Origin: the human T2T-CHM13v2.0 reference genome, Homo sapiens
NCBI RefSeq assembly: GCF_009914755.1
Contig: NC_060925.1
Length of the DNA stretch: 64,000 nucleotides
Direction: 5' to 3' (one strand)
A model generated the notes under the pieces. The model had not been told where the DNA came from, made no database searches, and worked only from the letters and a program-made list of their open reading frames with translations. This document shows, piece by piece, positions 14,274-28,845 of this stretch (position 1 is its first letter; every line of letters starts with the position of its first letter). The translations under genes were made by a program, and so were the position numbers.

Positions 14274-15847
14274 AGTCTGTATTTTCATTATCTCATTTAA
14301 TTGTAACAATCTTATGCTGATAAGAAAATTCAAGTTGATTCAGAGACATTTAATGGATTGTCAAGGGCAAATAACCAGTAAATAACAAATCAAATAATTC
14401 GACCAAGGTGTTCTGGCTCCTTGTCCAATGTAGAACATTTTCTCTTTCATTATGACACACAAAACTTTAGAGAGCATTTTTGTAAAATGACTGTATTTAA
14501 AATATACTTTAAAATATTTTAAATTACATATGGCCAAAATAAATGAATTAGTTCAGCTTTGGATTATTAATAGTCTGAATGAATAGTCACAGGGATATTC
14601 AAAACGGTCATGGTGTGAGAAAATCTCGGACAGGGATAAGAGTCATGCATATCTAATTAGAGCTGCCCAACATTTAAGGCAGTGATTACACTTCATGATA
14701 TGCCAATATTATTTCTCCAAAATATTTCAAGTAAAAACCCGTTTTGTCCCGTTAATTCTTAAAATAAAAGTGTTGGGCAAAAAATTTAAATGGTCAAGAA
14801 ATGTTGAAACTAACAAAGGACAATTGCTTTTCCTCTAAAAACAGCTCCTCCTGGATCTCCTAAGAAGAAGACTCCAACTCACAGACCACTGCTGACTCAT
14901 TAAAATCAACTTGTAATGTCATGCACATACTGTGTATCTGTCCAATTCATGCACATACATCCAGAATGTAGGATGCTTTGGTATCAAAGAGCTGTTTATG
15001 ATTGACAAATACTTCAATGCTCTAAGATTCCATTTTCATCTTCTTTAATAAGGAAAGACAAATGCAAAAATACATGTCATTAATTGCTCTGCATTTTTCC
15101 CTCCAGAGAAATGCAAACCATAAACATCAGTAAGATTCTACTAATAGCTTTAAAAGTTGGCTTAAACCATTATTAATTATACATTTGTAAGACGGTCTGT
15201 GACTGCATGCCTTGCTTTCTTATTCAAAGGTTCAATCAATAAGGTCATCCCTGCCACTTGCACTCTGAATGGCAATGCACAAATTTAGTGCCTATAGAAG
15301 TATAAATAGATATGTGTCTACATATATATCCTAGTATCATGAAGTTACATTTTAACCATGTAGCTTGCTTGTGTATAGGAGATTACATTTTTCCAGGGAG
15401 GTGGGTAGATGACATTTTTATTGATTTTTTAAATAGCTACATTATAAATCTCTCTTGTTGGGCCAGCACAAGGCAAAACTAAAACAACATCTTTATTGTA
15501 AGGCAAATGCATCTTTGGATAACTTGTAATATTTTTTTTAAATGGGTCTTTCACTTTTCAACCTGTTTTGGGGTGAGTAACCTATATTGCTCCTCTCAGA
15601 TCAAATTGTGTTATTTCTTATCATCACATGATTGCAACTTTTAGAGAAAAATGATTGCAGTTCCTTATAATAATTCTACCTCCAGTTACATTGATTTACT
15701 GTTATGGACATATCGTTAGATAGATGTCAAGGAATTTTGGCATTCACTGGGAAGTAATTACATTGACTTAGTTCCAGTTTTAGGTTTGAGTTTCCTAACC
15801 AAACGTGGAAAGCTTTGCAGTTCCTTAAATCATAGAGGCTCTCACAG

Positions 15848-16022
15848 AAGGATTTCTTAACCTATGGGCATAAATGCCGAAGAGGTCTATAGATAGACTT
15901 CAGCAGGTCTGTACAATTTCTGACACTGTGCAAAAATCCTCTGCACCTTTTGTGGGAGTACCACATACCTATCATCAATTTCTCAGAAGGGTCGTTGATC
16001 CTAAAATAATTAAGAACCAATG
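15848..16022. mobile_element. hAT-Charlie MITE-like DNA transposon
   Basis: Ends TTTCTTAACC ... TTAAGAACCA resemble Charlie TIRs. Confidence 0.5.
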
Positions 16023-17010
16023 TTCTTTCTAATTAAATATCACTTAAAACAGCCTCAATTGTGGATTTCAGAATTATTTTCTCTCAATGTTCTTTGCAAA
16101 ATCAGATTCAAACAACCTTGTATGTTATATTCAAAGCTTTCTTTTTAAAAATTGCATAAGAATATTATGCATAAACACTGATTATCCATAGTCTTTTGTA
16201 ACTTGGCCTCAGAAACTTATGGTTAACAGATTAGGTCCCTCATTCTAATTGTATTTTTTTATCAGACTTTGATTTTCAGTGTGGTAGGTAAACCCATCTT
16301 CCCATTTTATACAAACAATAGGTTTCAGTAGTGTCAGTTATAGAGATCATGACTTGAACTCTGTTATCAAAATGTATGATAATAACTCTAGACCTGAGGA
16401 ATTGAAGACTGGCATGAACTCAGAAAGTCACAGGCTCATCAAGAGACATTGCCCAATATTTGTTCTTTGATAAAAATCATCTTTCAGATAAAATGAAGCT
16501 TCTGCAGCTTTGTTATACAGACTAAATATGCAAACATCTAATTTAAGGAAATAGTTTGATAAATTAGTTTTCTCCTTCGGAGAGAATTGTCTGGAAATGT
16601 GTACTTAAAGATGTAGAATTATAACAGATTTTTTAAAGGTCTTTGGAGACAAAGACTCACTTTAGGTATCACTTTGAGAGACATACAAACCCTAATTCCT
16701 TTTATCAAAAAGAGAATAGAGATTGGAGGCATCAATAGAAAGATGATACTTTCTAAGAAATTGTGCCTAATCATCTGTGAATAGGTTTATGTGATTATGG
16801 AAGCTGATCAGGGCCTGTGGTGATCCAGGCATTGTTGTAGTGGCAGCACCACATTTTTGTGCAGTCAGACACAAACTGGCATTCTAGTACCTGCTGCTTC
16901 AGGAAATGCCAGAACAGTGCCTATGTGGACCAAGGCCCCACAGATGGCCTCACCCCTCAAACCCTTGGGTACATAGCACCTGTTTAGTGGCCCTGGCCCT
17001 TGCTTTTAAG

Positions 17011-17220
17011 GAGTGGTTCCAACTGAGGGCAATTATGTCCCCCATAGTACATTTGGCAATGTCTGTGAATATTTTTGATTGTCACATCAGAGAGGTATTG
17101 CTGGCATCTCATGAGTAGAAGTCAGGGACATTGGGAAATAACCTACAATGCATAGGACAGCCCTCACAACAAAGAATTACCTGTCCCATGTGTCAATAGT
17201 GCCAAGGTTGAGAAACCCTG
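17011..17220 (+). mobile_element. MER20 (hAT-Charlie)
   Basis: ACATTTGGCAATGTCTG...CCTACAATGCATAGGACAGCCC..AAAGAATTA...GTGCCAAGGTTGAGAAACCCTG. Confidence 0.88.
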
Positions 17221-17869
17221 CCCTAAAGCCATGCCACTTTGATGACCCTGAGAGGTTATATAGAAAGGATCTATGTAGAGCCACACTACCCACAGGACCA
17301 CTAAAGTTTAGTCCATTTGACAGATTTGGAAACTGTAATGCTTTGGACAGAGTGAAGTGAAAAAATATCCTACAATGTCCTTCCTTTACAGGTTAACACC
17401 TATTCCTTTCCCCAAAATGAGGATTAAATGCCACCTTCTACAGGAATACCTCCCATGTTAGCATCACGTTTCCATGTATTCTCATGATACCATGTGCTTA
17501 CTCTAATTGCAGCTCTGATTATTTCCTGTTCCCCTACCAGGTTATAAATTCACTGAGAGCTTGCTGTTTTTATTAATTCTTGGGTCTTAGTACCTACCAG
17601 AGCTTGGCACTTAATAGGTATGCAATAAATATATGTTGAAGGAAAGAGCAAGCCTGCAGAAGTGACTTAAATTCTCCATGACAAACATCCATCCAGAATG
17701 GATTTACTCAAGGCTAGTACTAGCAAGCACACTGGCCCCAAGGACATTTGGCCCCATGCCCTCTGAGGACATGAAACTGGGGAATGTCTCACCCCATGGC
17801 CTGTAGGTTTACCAGCATGATGGTGGAAATTTCGGGTGAGCCATAGCCATAGTAGTCATAATGACTTTT

Positions 17870-18170
17870 AAATTTTATTTATGTATTTATTTTAATAATC
17901 ACAATTGTACATATTCGCAGGGCACAGAGCGATGTTTCGATACATATAATGTATACTGGTCAGATGAGGGTAATTAGCACATCATCATCTCAAACATTTA
18001 TCATTTCTTTGTGTTGGGAACATTCAATAGCCTCCTTCTAGCTATTTGTAACTGTATATTAGCATTAACTGTAGTCATCCTACAGGAGTATAGAACACTA
18101 GAACTTATTTCTGTTATCTCTCTTATCTAGCTATGATTTTTGTATACTTTAACAAAACTCTGCCTATCCT
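17870..18170 (-). mobile_element. L1MA-type 3' end
   Basis: CATCATCTCAAACATTTATCATTTCTTTGTGTTGGGAACATTCAA...ATAGAACACTAGAACTTATT. Confidence 0.85.
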
Positions 18171-18844
18171 GAAATACTAAAGAATCAAGATTGTAGAGAC
18201 AATAAGATCTGGTCCTAGGCCTAGAACCCCCACATGGGAGGAACCAGGGACAGAATTCTCCTTGGATACCTTTTCTCACGAAGAAAGAGGGATACTTTTA
18301 ATGAGCTTGACTTTGCAGTCTACATTTGACAGAGCTTCTCCCTTCATTGAAGAAGGAAGACCAATAGTGACCTCAATAAGTACATGAACAAATAGCTGGG
18401 GATCCCAGTATTCATAACCACCAATACTCAGCTCACACCAAAACTCAGGCACAAGTCAATTAAAGGGTTGTACTATGAGCAAGGACAATTCTTATTTTGG
18501 CTGCCTGTAAATTACACCAAAATCCACAAGAAAGGGAAATAACTAAGCTTACAATAATTTATAAATGCACTCTGTGTTAAGAACAATAATCTTGAGATAA
18601 TAAAACAAAGAAACATCATGTTGAAAATCGGAAAAGAGCAACTCTCATATTTATATTAAATCAACAATAATTTGTTATGCACATGATTATGGAATATAAA
18701 ACAAAATGATCTAATTTTTCCAGATAGCATGGGGCTGTTGCATTACATTGTGCTATTATTTGACAAAGCACATCAAATGGGATTTCAGCAAAATACTTAA
18801 CATAGTTATAGGTAAAGTATTCCTGACGTGAGTTGACATCAGGA

Positions 18845-18990
18845 AGAAAACACAGCGACATTTCAGAATATTCAACTTTATTTTCCATTGACAAACACGA
18901 CATAAATAACACACATTTATTAAATACACAGACTAGCCATGACTTGAATGCCAGCAAAAGTCTAACGTACTTTTCATACGCTCTTTTATT
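18845..18990 (-). terminator. Candidate polyadenylation site cluster for the exon 2 read-through transcript
   Basis: Three minus-strand AATAAA (18985-18990, 18916-18921, 18877-18882), TGTA at 18928-18925, and GU/U-rich downstream elements (TGTCGTGTTTGTC; TGTCGCTGTGTTTTCTT). Confidence 0.55.
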
Positions 18991-21900
18991 TTTTGTCTCC
19001 ACAGTATTGAAGACCAGCCTTTAAAACATACTAGAAGATATATTTAAATACACTGACGATAACTACCCATAAAACTTTACATAGAGGTGATAAAAGAGAC
19101 TTTTCCATTTAATCAAGTATATAGAGATGGATGCTGAGGAGGAGAGGTGAAGAACACTATGCTTTTGATACTGATCTTTACAATATGGATTAAAGTGCCA
19201 ATGATTTCAGCTCCTCCTAGGCACACCATGTAAATAGTACTTACATTCATTTGTTACAAACAGATCAAAATAATCAGTGCCTATTTTAATTGGTTTGCTT
19301 AAACAGGCTTACACTATTTGTACAAAAACATTTGATAAGGAGAGCAAGAAGGCAAAGTATTTTTTTCTCTTTCAAGGAAGAGTTGGGAAGGAAGAGAGTT
19401 CAGCAGTCAATAATGGCCTGAGTGAACTTATCATTTGCTTTGACAGACAAGACCCCTGGCCACTCAGTAGTACTACTGATGCTCAAGTGTTCAAAGATAA
19501 ATGCAGTCGGTCCCTTCCTCTCTTTGCTTCCAGGGCCTGGCACAAAATGATGAAGGTTAACAGGTAGAAAATGGACAGGTTTTCCATCATATCTTTTTCT
19601 ATGTTCTCTGCCCCACCCACATGAGTATCCTTTCAAAAGTAGAACGTTGAAGTGTATTAGTAAATCACACGCATTTCCCTCTGCTTAACATTACAACTTT
19701 GATTTCTACAGACATGGAAAACTGTATGAGAAATCTATATTTGAATTACTATTAAAGTTTAATGATTGGCTGTTTTTGCCTAGACGTTTGGCTTACTTTA
19801 ATTAAAGGATCAAAATATTCTAATTCTAAAGCATTTAACAATAGCATTGAAGAGATGCACAAATGATAATAACTTGAGAAGTGGAATCATCTCCAAAAAT
19901 GCTCAAAAAAGCATGAAAAGGCTGACTTGTTTCTGATGGTGATCTCTTTCCTTCTTATCTTTACTCCCATAATAAATTCTTCAACAAAGCAGACTTACTA
20001 CACAACAGATTCTGATCTGTTTCACATATTAGGCTACTGGCACTTTAAAAATATGAAGTTATTATCTCTCCTCTTAAAAACAATCCCAGCCTCATCAACA
20101 GGAATTATGTCTGTTACTTTCTTTCTGTGAAAGAATGGATAAGCACAGTAGAGTCAAGGGGACTAGGAGAAAACAGTGTAGTTTCAAATGAAGAAATACA
20201 TAATCTAGTAGATATCTGGGTTGCTTATTACATGAAACTGATTGATACAAAGCTTCTGAAAATAAGATAATTTTTATTCTCAGTAAAGAAAATGTGTGAC
20301 ATAAATAAATATAATACATATCTGATTGAATTATATTTCTAGAGAATCATAATGCACTCTGCTTATGGTATCATAATGTAATGGTATATGACTAAACTTA
20401 TATAAATTATAACCCTTAAATAGAATCTTCATTTTAGGAATTATAAAAGGGAATATATCAAATAAAATATTTTCCCTAATTCTTTTATCATCATCACCAC
20501 CTAGTTAGTTTCCTTACAATACTGAACTGATGTCAGCTTCTTAACAAATATGTATGTGAGTTTAGGTTGGTTATTAAATTTTGTAAATTGGCTCGATCAT
20601 AACCTATGTCATGAAACATCACAGACATCTGTCACTTTGTCAGCACTTTGTTGCAACTCAGAAAAGTCTTATGGACTAGGCCACAGTTGCACAATTCTGC
20701 ACATTTTTTAGACCTCAGTTTTAACAGATTTTGAGATATGTAAACATATAAAACAAGCAATAAACAAGCAGCTGTGAAAATTTGTCATTGTTGATGGTTT
20801 GTACTTGTTATACAGATAAAAAATAGAAATTTTAATTCTTCAAGTTAGGCTTTTTATGTGTTTGTAATAATAAATACTCTGTAGTCTCCCTGTGTCATTC
20901 AGCTCCTAGAATCCTGTGTATTGCAGGAGAAGCTTTTGGGGTTAAATTATGAAAATAAATAGATATTATGCATGTCTAAAATTTCAAAGAACAAAAGTTT
21001 TCTATTTTCTTTTTCTGAGTTGATCTCAACCAAAAGAACTATTAGTGATTGCTGATGTGGAGAAGGTTGAAAGCTGACCAATAATTTGGAGTCAAAAAGA
21101 GCAAAATTATAAAAAGCGTTGAATAAATAAAAAGCCTAATCTACTTGAAAATCCAATATTAGAATACTGCCACAGAGTGACCCCCTTATTAAAATACTGT
21201 TTGCCAGTTTTTAGTTTGTCTGTCACTCAATGCCAATGTGCTCACAGGATCTTTCATAGTTAACTTACATGAGGTTTTGCATTATTTTCTGCAACATGGT
21301 CGGATATTTCATAAAATAAAGAAATGTAAGTAGAAATATATGTATACCCTATATTTCAGACTAGTTTAAATCTGGCATGATTAAACACTTACATTTACCT
21401 AAAATATCTTGGGATATATACAGCACTAGGTTAACTTGGTAAATATTGAGATAACTCATTTTTGTTTCTTCAACTTCAAGATATTTTTAAGACATTCATC
21501 ATACCTATTTTATTTGAAAAGTAAACTGCTCTCATTAAGTAACATGTGATCATTCTTCTCTGTGACTCAGCATAGTATATAAATTCATTGTTTGGAAAAT
21601 CAACACTACTTGGTAAAATTGACACTTGCTAATTTTACATATATTTCTACATTTCATTCGCTTACTTCTTCCACCATGGTTTTCTTGGCCTTTAATTGTC
21701 TTTTAACCAATACTTCAAAATTCAGGAATTGTCATAATCTATACATGCATTTTTCCTGATTAGACATATGTATGGACAAACTAAGTATACATGAGTGAAC
21801 TTGAAAGCCAATAAAATTAAACTTAGACACGTCTTTCTGCTGTGACTACATATATCCTCTTTCTAACCACCGCTCTAGTCTCTGTACATCTCTGAAATCT

Positions 21901-24216
21901 AACCTCAACCATCATGAAAAGGCTGAAATCATTTGGGATTTTCATTTCTTATCAGGTTTCCCCATACTAACGAATGCCTAGATAATAAAACTCATATGCC
22001 ATTTACATAATTTCTTTGTTTTCCACCTTCCTTTCAAGCTTGTTAAAAAAAACACAAAAGCTGCCATTCATCCCCTCCTAAAATATATCCCCTGGGCAGG
22101 AATTTAATTTGCAGTTAAGAATAAGTGTCAGGTTTTTTGCCTTTCTGTATTTTTGCAGTTTGATGAAAAGTGATATTCTTGTGATAGTAATGTCCACTAT
22201 CATTTGGAAGTATCAGTCTCCTAAATTATTAGTATAAATAAAGCACTGTGTTGTACAGCAGTATGACACTACACCCTTGAAGATAAATTCATATTTCTGT
22301 AATTAAATAATCAGAAATAATTCACTTTATCAGCCTGATGGACTGTAATGGCATGAAGCACTTCAATCATATGGTATGTGCCTTGCCAATGTGTACTGTC
22401 CTGGCAAACTTCTGCTCATTGATTCACTGAATAAATATGTATTAGACAGTTTCTATATTCCAGGTGCTATACTAGATGCTGGAAGGAATAACCTAATCAT
22501 GCTCATGCCACTCAAATTCACATTGCCTCTGTGTCTATCTGACTAGAACTTAGGGTCACAGGACCAACCAAGAGGTAAAGCCTCTTTATTATGTGATTTC
22601 AGTGCACTTTTGAAAAAAAGTAGGTAGTTTTGTCTTATACCCAATGAGATGACCTACAGGATAATCCAATTCTATGGCATAGAGAGATTTTAGTATAGTC
22701 TATTTATCACCTTTTCCAAAATTTAGATTAGTAGAACCATCATTAATTACATAAGCACTCTCAACAGATTTTGTCTCCAAATTCAATTTGACATGGTCAT
22801 TTAAAATAATTAGCCCCAATTGACATAGGCTGGTGTATATATCAATCTGATAGACATATTGTACCTATCAAAATTAATTCTTTACCACTAAACACACACA
22901 GAAATATGCAGTTACTACAAGAAGTATAAATAAATCTCAAGCTTTTAAAAAACTAGAAAAGCAGTGCAAGAAACTGCAAATGAAAATCTTCACAATAAAA
23001 AGTTAATGGGTTTACAAAATGAATGCACCAAAGAATATGGCAAGCTTTGTGTAGGCATAACTACAGGATTACTATGTTTGGTGGGGAGACATTTTTAAGA
23101 AGTGCAATTCCCAAAACTTAATGTAGTGATCTACTTGTGCACAAATACGTCAAGCTTAGCTATTGAGGTTTGTATTCATGTAGACTGTAGGAAAAACATT
23201 TTAGTAATAAATATTTAGATAGAGCCACTTTGAGGAGCAGGCAGAAGAGCTGTGAAGGGTCAATGTTATTAACTTTCTTATATAAATAGGCCAAAATATG
23301 GAAAGTATTCATTGAGTCTTCAAAATATTTATTTGTTTTGGAATCAGTATTGGAATTTAAAGAGTCAAAGACTGGGGAACACTTTTGGTGAATAATCAAG
23401 GGAAATATATATTCAGAGTACCTATAGTTAGTGCTCAAATCGGTCCTTACATAGCATTCTGAAAAACCACTTCACGACTCTCATAGGTCAGTTTCATGAA
23501 TCTTCCTTAGGCTCATAGAAATGTAAAATATATTCAAAAGAAAGAATAATTAGCAATTTGGGTAGTCACAAACTCCATATTTCAAACAAATGGAATTGGT
23601 TCTTATTCAGATAAAGAGTAAACCTAATTATCATTCCAAGTAAACTTAAACTTTGTTAGGTTAGGAGCTAATTTGCTGTATTGAGCAATATTTGAATAAT
23701 GGTATCGATGAATATTATAAATACATTATACATTTTTAACTGTAATTAAACTTTTCTTTAATGTAAGGAGGAAAAAAGTGACAGAAAGCGAGAGAGGCAA
23801 TGAAAGAGAACACAGCAATGTCTTTGAATAAAAACAAACTGCTATCCCTTGTCTTCAATGATGTATGTGGTTAAATTCCTCATGTATTCAGTGTACTGGA
23901 ATATTAACTATCCCCGCTCCCCAATAGACCAAGATCATTTATAAAAAATGTTTTCATCACATAATTAATCACATATTCAGCTACGAATGGCAGACTCAAC
24001 AAAAACACTAGACTGTTATTAATATATTTTCCTTTGTTTGTGTTTCACTACTTTTGGCACATAGGGATTTTCTATGCTTCTAAGACCATTTAGCTTTATA
24101 CCAAAAATTCCACTTCAATGCATAAACAGTGGCATGCCAGAGATGCCTAAATTCACAGTAAGGTTTAGCGATATTTGTTACCAAAAGCTGTGCACATGCA
24201 AGTTAAGTGTTTTCTT

Positions 24217-24306
24217 TCATGCTTCTGTCTGTATTATTTCATTAGATAATGAGATAGGCTGCCCTTTCTGTCCATCATTAGAGCAGCTGGAGACAGCATT
24301 TGCTAC
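24217..24306 (-). CDS. PTGER3: Exon 2 read-through C-terminal tail [29 protein letters not shown] (EP3-II isoform, 388 aa)
   Basis: Open frame continues 29 codons past the exon 2 donor to TGA; 299+60+29=388 aa; recognised as the known EP3-II tail. Confidence 0.92.
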   Translation of the reverse strand, partial: VANAVSSCSNDGQKGQPISLSNEIIQTEA

Positions 24307-24486
24307 CTGGCAAAACTTTCGAAGAAGGATCTTTCTTAACAGCAGGTAAACCCAAGGATCCAAGATCTGGTTCAGTGAAGCCAGGCGAACAGCTATTAAG
24401 AAGAAGTTGCATTCTTTCTGCTTCTCCGTGTGTGTCTTGCAGTGCTCAACTGATGTCTGATTGAAGATCATTTTCAACATCATTAT
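24307..24486 (-). CDS. PTGER3: EP3 coding exon 2 (aa 300-359, end of TM6, TM7 and helix 8)
   Basis: Acceptor TCCCCTTTTCTTAG|ATA (AG at 24488-24487), 180 nt in frame [10 protein letters not shown]...[27 protein letters not shown] with the prostanoid TM7 Arg and DPxxY motif. Donor CAG|GTAGCA (GT at 24306-24305). Confidence 0.97.
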
Positions 24487-25213
24487 CTAAGAAAAGGGGA
24501 CAAATAATTGTTTCAAAGATTAGTAAGGTCATATGCATCTCCTCTACACTGTACTTTGCACATAGTTGGTTTTCAATAAATTGGTTGTTGGATTGAAATG
24601 ATTAATTCAAGCAACATTTATACTTGGATAACACAGTCCTGAATTATACAAGACATTCCTAGGTATTTTCCCACATTTGTGGCTATTTATCATGATGTAG
24701 CTTTTAAAACATGCATGTCTTCAGGCTCTTGATTCTTGGAATTTAAGAAGCTTGAAAATAACACATCTCAAAATGAGCCAAAGTCATGTTTGTTGCAGAA
24801 AACACCACAAGTTCACCCAAATGAGAGCCAACACTTCAACAATAACAAAAACATCTTAATCTTAAATTTCCAGTAGTTCTAATTTTAAAAATTACTGCAG
24901 AAAAAGTAGAAGCAAGAAAGGAGGAAATATTATTATTATTATTATTATTGCCACTAGCATTTTCAGAATCCTTACTATTTAGCAGACATGGTGCCGAGTT
25001 CTTCATATGCATTTAATAAACAGCATAACACAGGTAGTATTACCACTTCCTTCTGGATGAGCCAGACTAATACCATATGATGTACAATATTATACTTTTC
25101 TTTGCCCCCACCCAATATACACTGCAATGTAAACTCCATGATAGCAGGAATTTGGGACTATTTTTTCCCCAAGTGCCTAGATCAATAGGTAGCAGATAGC
25201 AGATGTTCAGTAA

Positions 25214-25370
25214 GTATTTGTGAGAGAACAAATTTTTATATTTGAAGGAATATATTATACAACATAAAAATGACAGTATATGAGTTATATGTATTTGTGC
25301 GAGAACAAATTTTTATATTTGAAGGAATATATTATACAACACACAAATGACAGTATGTTATATAATATGT
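25214..25370. repeat. Tandem duplication, 77-bp period
   Basis: GTATTTGTG.GAGAACAAATTTTTATATTTGAAGGAATATATTATACAACA starts at 25214 and 25291. Confidence 0.92.
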
Positions 25371-25409
25371 ATTTATATTTGAATTAAAAAGATGTTCTTA
25401 TGCATATTA

Positions 25410-25872
<463 letters not shown>

Positions 25873-25934
25873 GTTCACAATCCCAAGCAAAGAAATGAGC
25901 TGAGTTTGTAACTGGCTCCTAAGTTTCCCATTCT

Positions 25935-26168
25935 AGACCTATACAGCTATTGAGTACTTGACATGTAGCCAAAGCACACTGAAATGTTAGAATATGTTGA
26001 TTCCATAATGGAATAATAATATTTCTATATATTGTGTTAAATAAACATATATTATTCAAATTAATGTCACTTGTTTCTTTTGACTTTTTAAAAATGCAGC
26101 TACTAGAAAACTTTAAATTATATGTGGCTTGTGGTTTTTTTTTGCTCACAGTACATTTCTATTGAACC
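25935..26168. mobile_element. MER33/MER3-like DNA transposon
   Basis: AAAATGCAGCTACTAGAAAACTTTAAATTATATGTGGCT...ATTTCTATTG. Confidence 0.7.
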
Positions 26169-26452
26169 TAATCTCTCTCTCTTGAGGCTTACACTTATCT
26201 GTATGTTCTGCCCTCAGGTCACATAACTTAAATTGAATTCAACATCCCTGAGCATCCAAAACATCCCTAACCACTTAACCACAATTCCAGTGATGGCACT
26301 TTGATACACTCACCCTGGATCAACATTTCAGAGTCTGTGAACTCTTCTTTTCCTCATCCTCTGCAATGCCTTTTGCTCTTGCTTCACTCTCATTCTTGTT
26401 CAGATCTTCCTCTCATTTGAATTATGGTAATAACAGACACCCAGATGGTACA

Positions 26453-26825
26453 TGTACGGACTGAATGTTTGTGCCTCCCTTCAATTTATATGTGGGAGCC
26501 CCAACCCTTTATGTGATGGTATTAGGAAGTGAGGCCTTTGGGAGGTAATTAGGTTTAGATGAGGTCATGAGGGTGGAGCTCCTATAATGGGATTATTATC
26601 CTTATAAGAAGAGGGAGAAGAACCCACAGGTCTCTCCTTCAGCCATGTGGGGCACAGCAAGAAGACAGCAGTCTACAAGCCAGGAAAAGGGCCTTCACCA
26701 GAAACTGAATCTGGGGGCACCTTGATCTTAGAATCTTCAGCTTCCTGAATGGTGAGAAATAAATGTCTGCTGTTTAAGCCATCAAGTTTACACCTTTGTT
26801 ATGGCAGCCCAAGCAGACTAAGACA
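26453..26825 (+). mobile_element. MLT1A-like MaLR LTR (within an L2 remnant)
   Basis: GGACTGAATGTTTGTG...GGCCTTTGGGAGGTAATTAGGTTTAGATGAGGTCATGAGGGTGG...GCAGACTAAGACA. Confidence 0.88.
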
Positions 26826-27937
26826 GTGTTTACAGATATCTGCCCATCACAGGTGCAGCTTCCAATCCCAGCTGTGATCAAATCCTCTCCAACTAGAAAA
26901 TCATCAATGTCTTCCCATTGTCCATCGAACAGAAATTTAACTCTGGTATTCAAAGCCCTCTACAATACTGTCCAAACTATTCTTTCCAGTTTTGTCTCCC
27001 ACTAATTGCCTATACAGACTCCAAACTCTAGCTATAGTCCATTGGTTTTATTCTTTCCTCCCTCTTGGCCTTTATTCTTTCTTTTTTCTACCCCTGCAAC
27101 ACTTTTAATCCTCATCATTTCTACTTCTGAGACTTCCAAGTCTTTCAGGACTATCTCAGTTGTTCCTGATTATTCCAAACCACTGGCCTCTGAAGGCCTA
27201 CAATTGTGTGTGTGTGTGTGTGATATAACCACATATTTGTAGTAGATAGACAGATAGACAATACTAGCAGGCATCCACATGTCCCTCAAAAACTTGGACG
27301 TATGGGGGAAGAAAATGTGGGTCTCTAAGATTTAAAGTGGACATAACATCAACACGTAGGAACCCGGCTCCAAGGTTACTGAACTTGACTGCAAGCAATT
27401 GAACAAAGTATCGACATATCTGAAATCGATTTGCTTTGGGAAAAAGGATACTTAACCATCAGGTTTGAGTATTTTCTATTCTTGTTGGCAAAATTGACTA
27501 CTATTGTGAGATAAAAGATGTAATTGTCTATATTAGTTTGAAGTAAGTAAATATTTGATTCTTTTAATTCCCCATCTTCTGTGTCTTTTTCCACTAAGCT
27601 GATAATGACTGGTCCCAGTGTTGATAAGTCAACAGGAAAAGAGAGCTGAGTCATAGGATTTCTGGTATTGCCAATTCTGCTCATGTATACTCAATTTTAT
27701 TTCAAAAATACAATTATATAACAAAAAAGCAGGTAGAGCAGGTTAAGCAGACAGACAAGAGAGAGAGGAAATAATACACGAAAATTCTTACAAGACTGTG
27801 TGACACTGGTATCCAGCCATTTTCCCTTTTGTCTTATTTAGTCACAGTTTTTATTCTTAAACGAATCCCTGGCAAAGGGGATGGGAATTTCCAGTTTTGG
27901 CTTATAAGGCAAACTCATGCTCTGGGGCTTGACTCAT

Positions 27938-28178
27938 ATTTTGTTTTTTGAGACAGTGTCTCACTCCGTCACCAAGGCTTGGGTGCAGTGGCACAATCAT
28001 AGCTCACTGTAGTCCTGAACTCCTGGGCTCAAATGATCCTCCTGCCTCAGCCTCCCGAGATGCTGGGATTACAGGTATATGCCACCACACTCAATTAATA
28101 TTTTTATTTTTTGTAGTGACGGGGTCTCACTATGTTAACTAGGCTGATCTCAAACTTCTGGCTTCAAGCAATCCTCTT
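27938..28178 (-). mobile_element. AluJ SINE, partial
   Basis: ATCATAGCTCACTGTAG..CTCCTGGGCTCAAATGATCCTCC. Confidence 0.88.
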
Positions 28179-28503
28179 GTGTAATTTCTTTCACAGGAAT
28201 TTTTCCAAATGATTTATCCAATAAAAGCAAATAGTAGCTATACAATAAATAAATGTTCAGAGGAGCATTATATATGCCAGCAAGAAATTGCAGACACATA
28301 CATCTCTAACATCAGGTGTAAAGCTTAATAAAACAATAATTCACAAATAGTATATATAAGTATTAAGTGAAAAAACAGAATATAAGATACTTTATATATA
28401 AAGTTTTGTTGTTATATTATTTAAAATAGGCAGACTTGTGGAAGGCAATGGAATTACTGCTATTTAACAATAATTTACTTTTAAACAATATAATTTAATT
28501 TTA

Positions 28504-28845
<342 letters not shown>

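Noticed and set aside
24217-24231. C-terminal -TEA of EP3-II as a class I PDZ ligand
   Set aside because: Terminal Ala is a poor fit and three residues are too little evidence.
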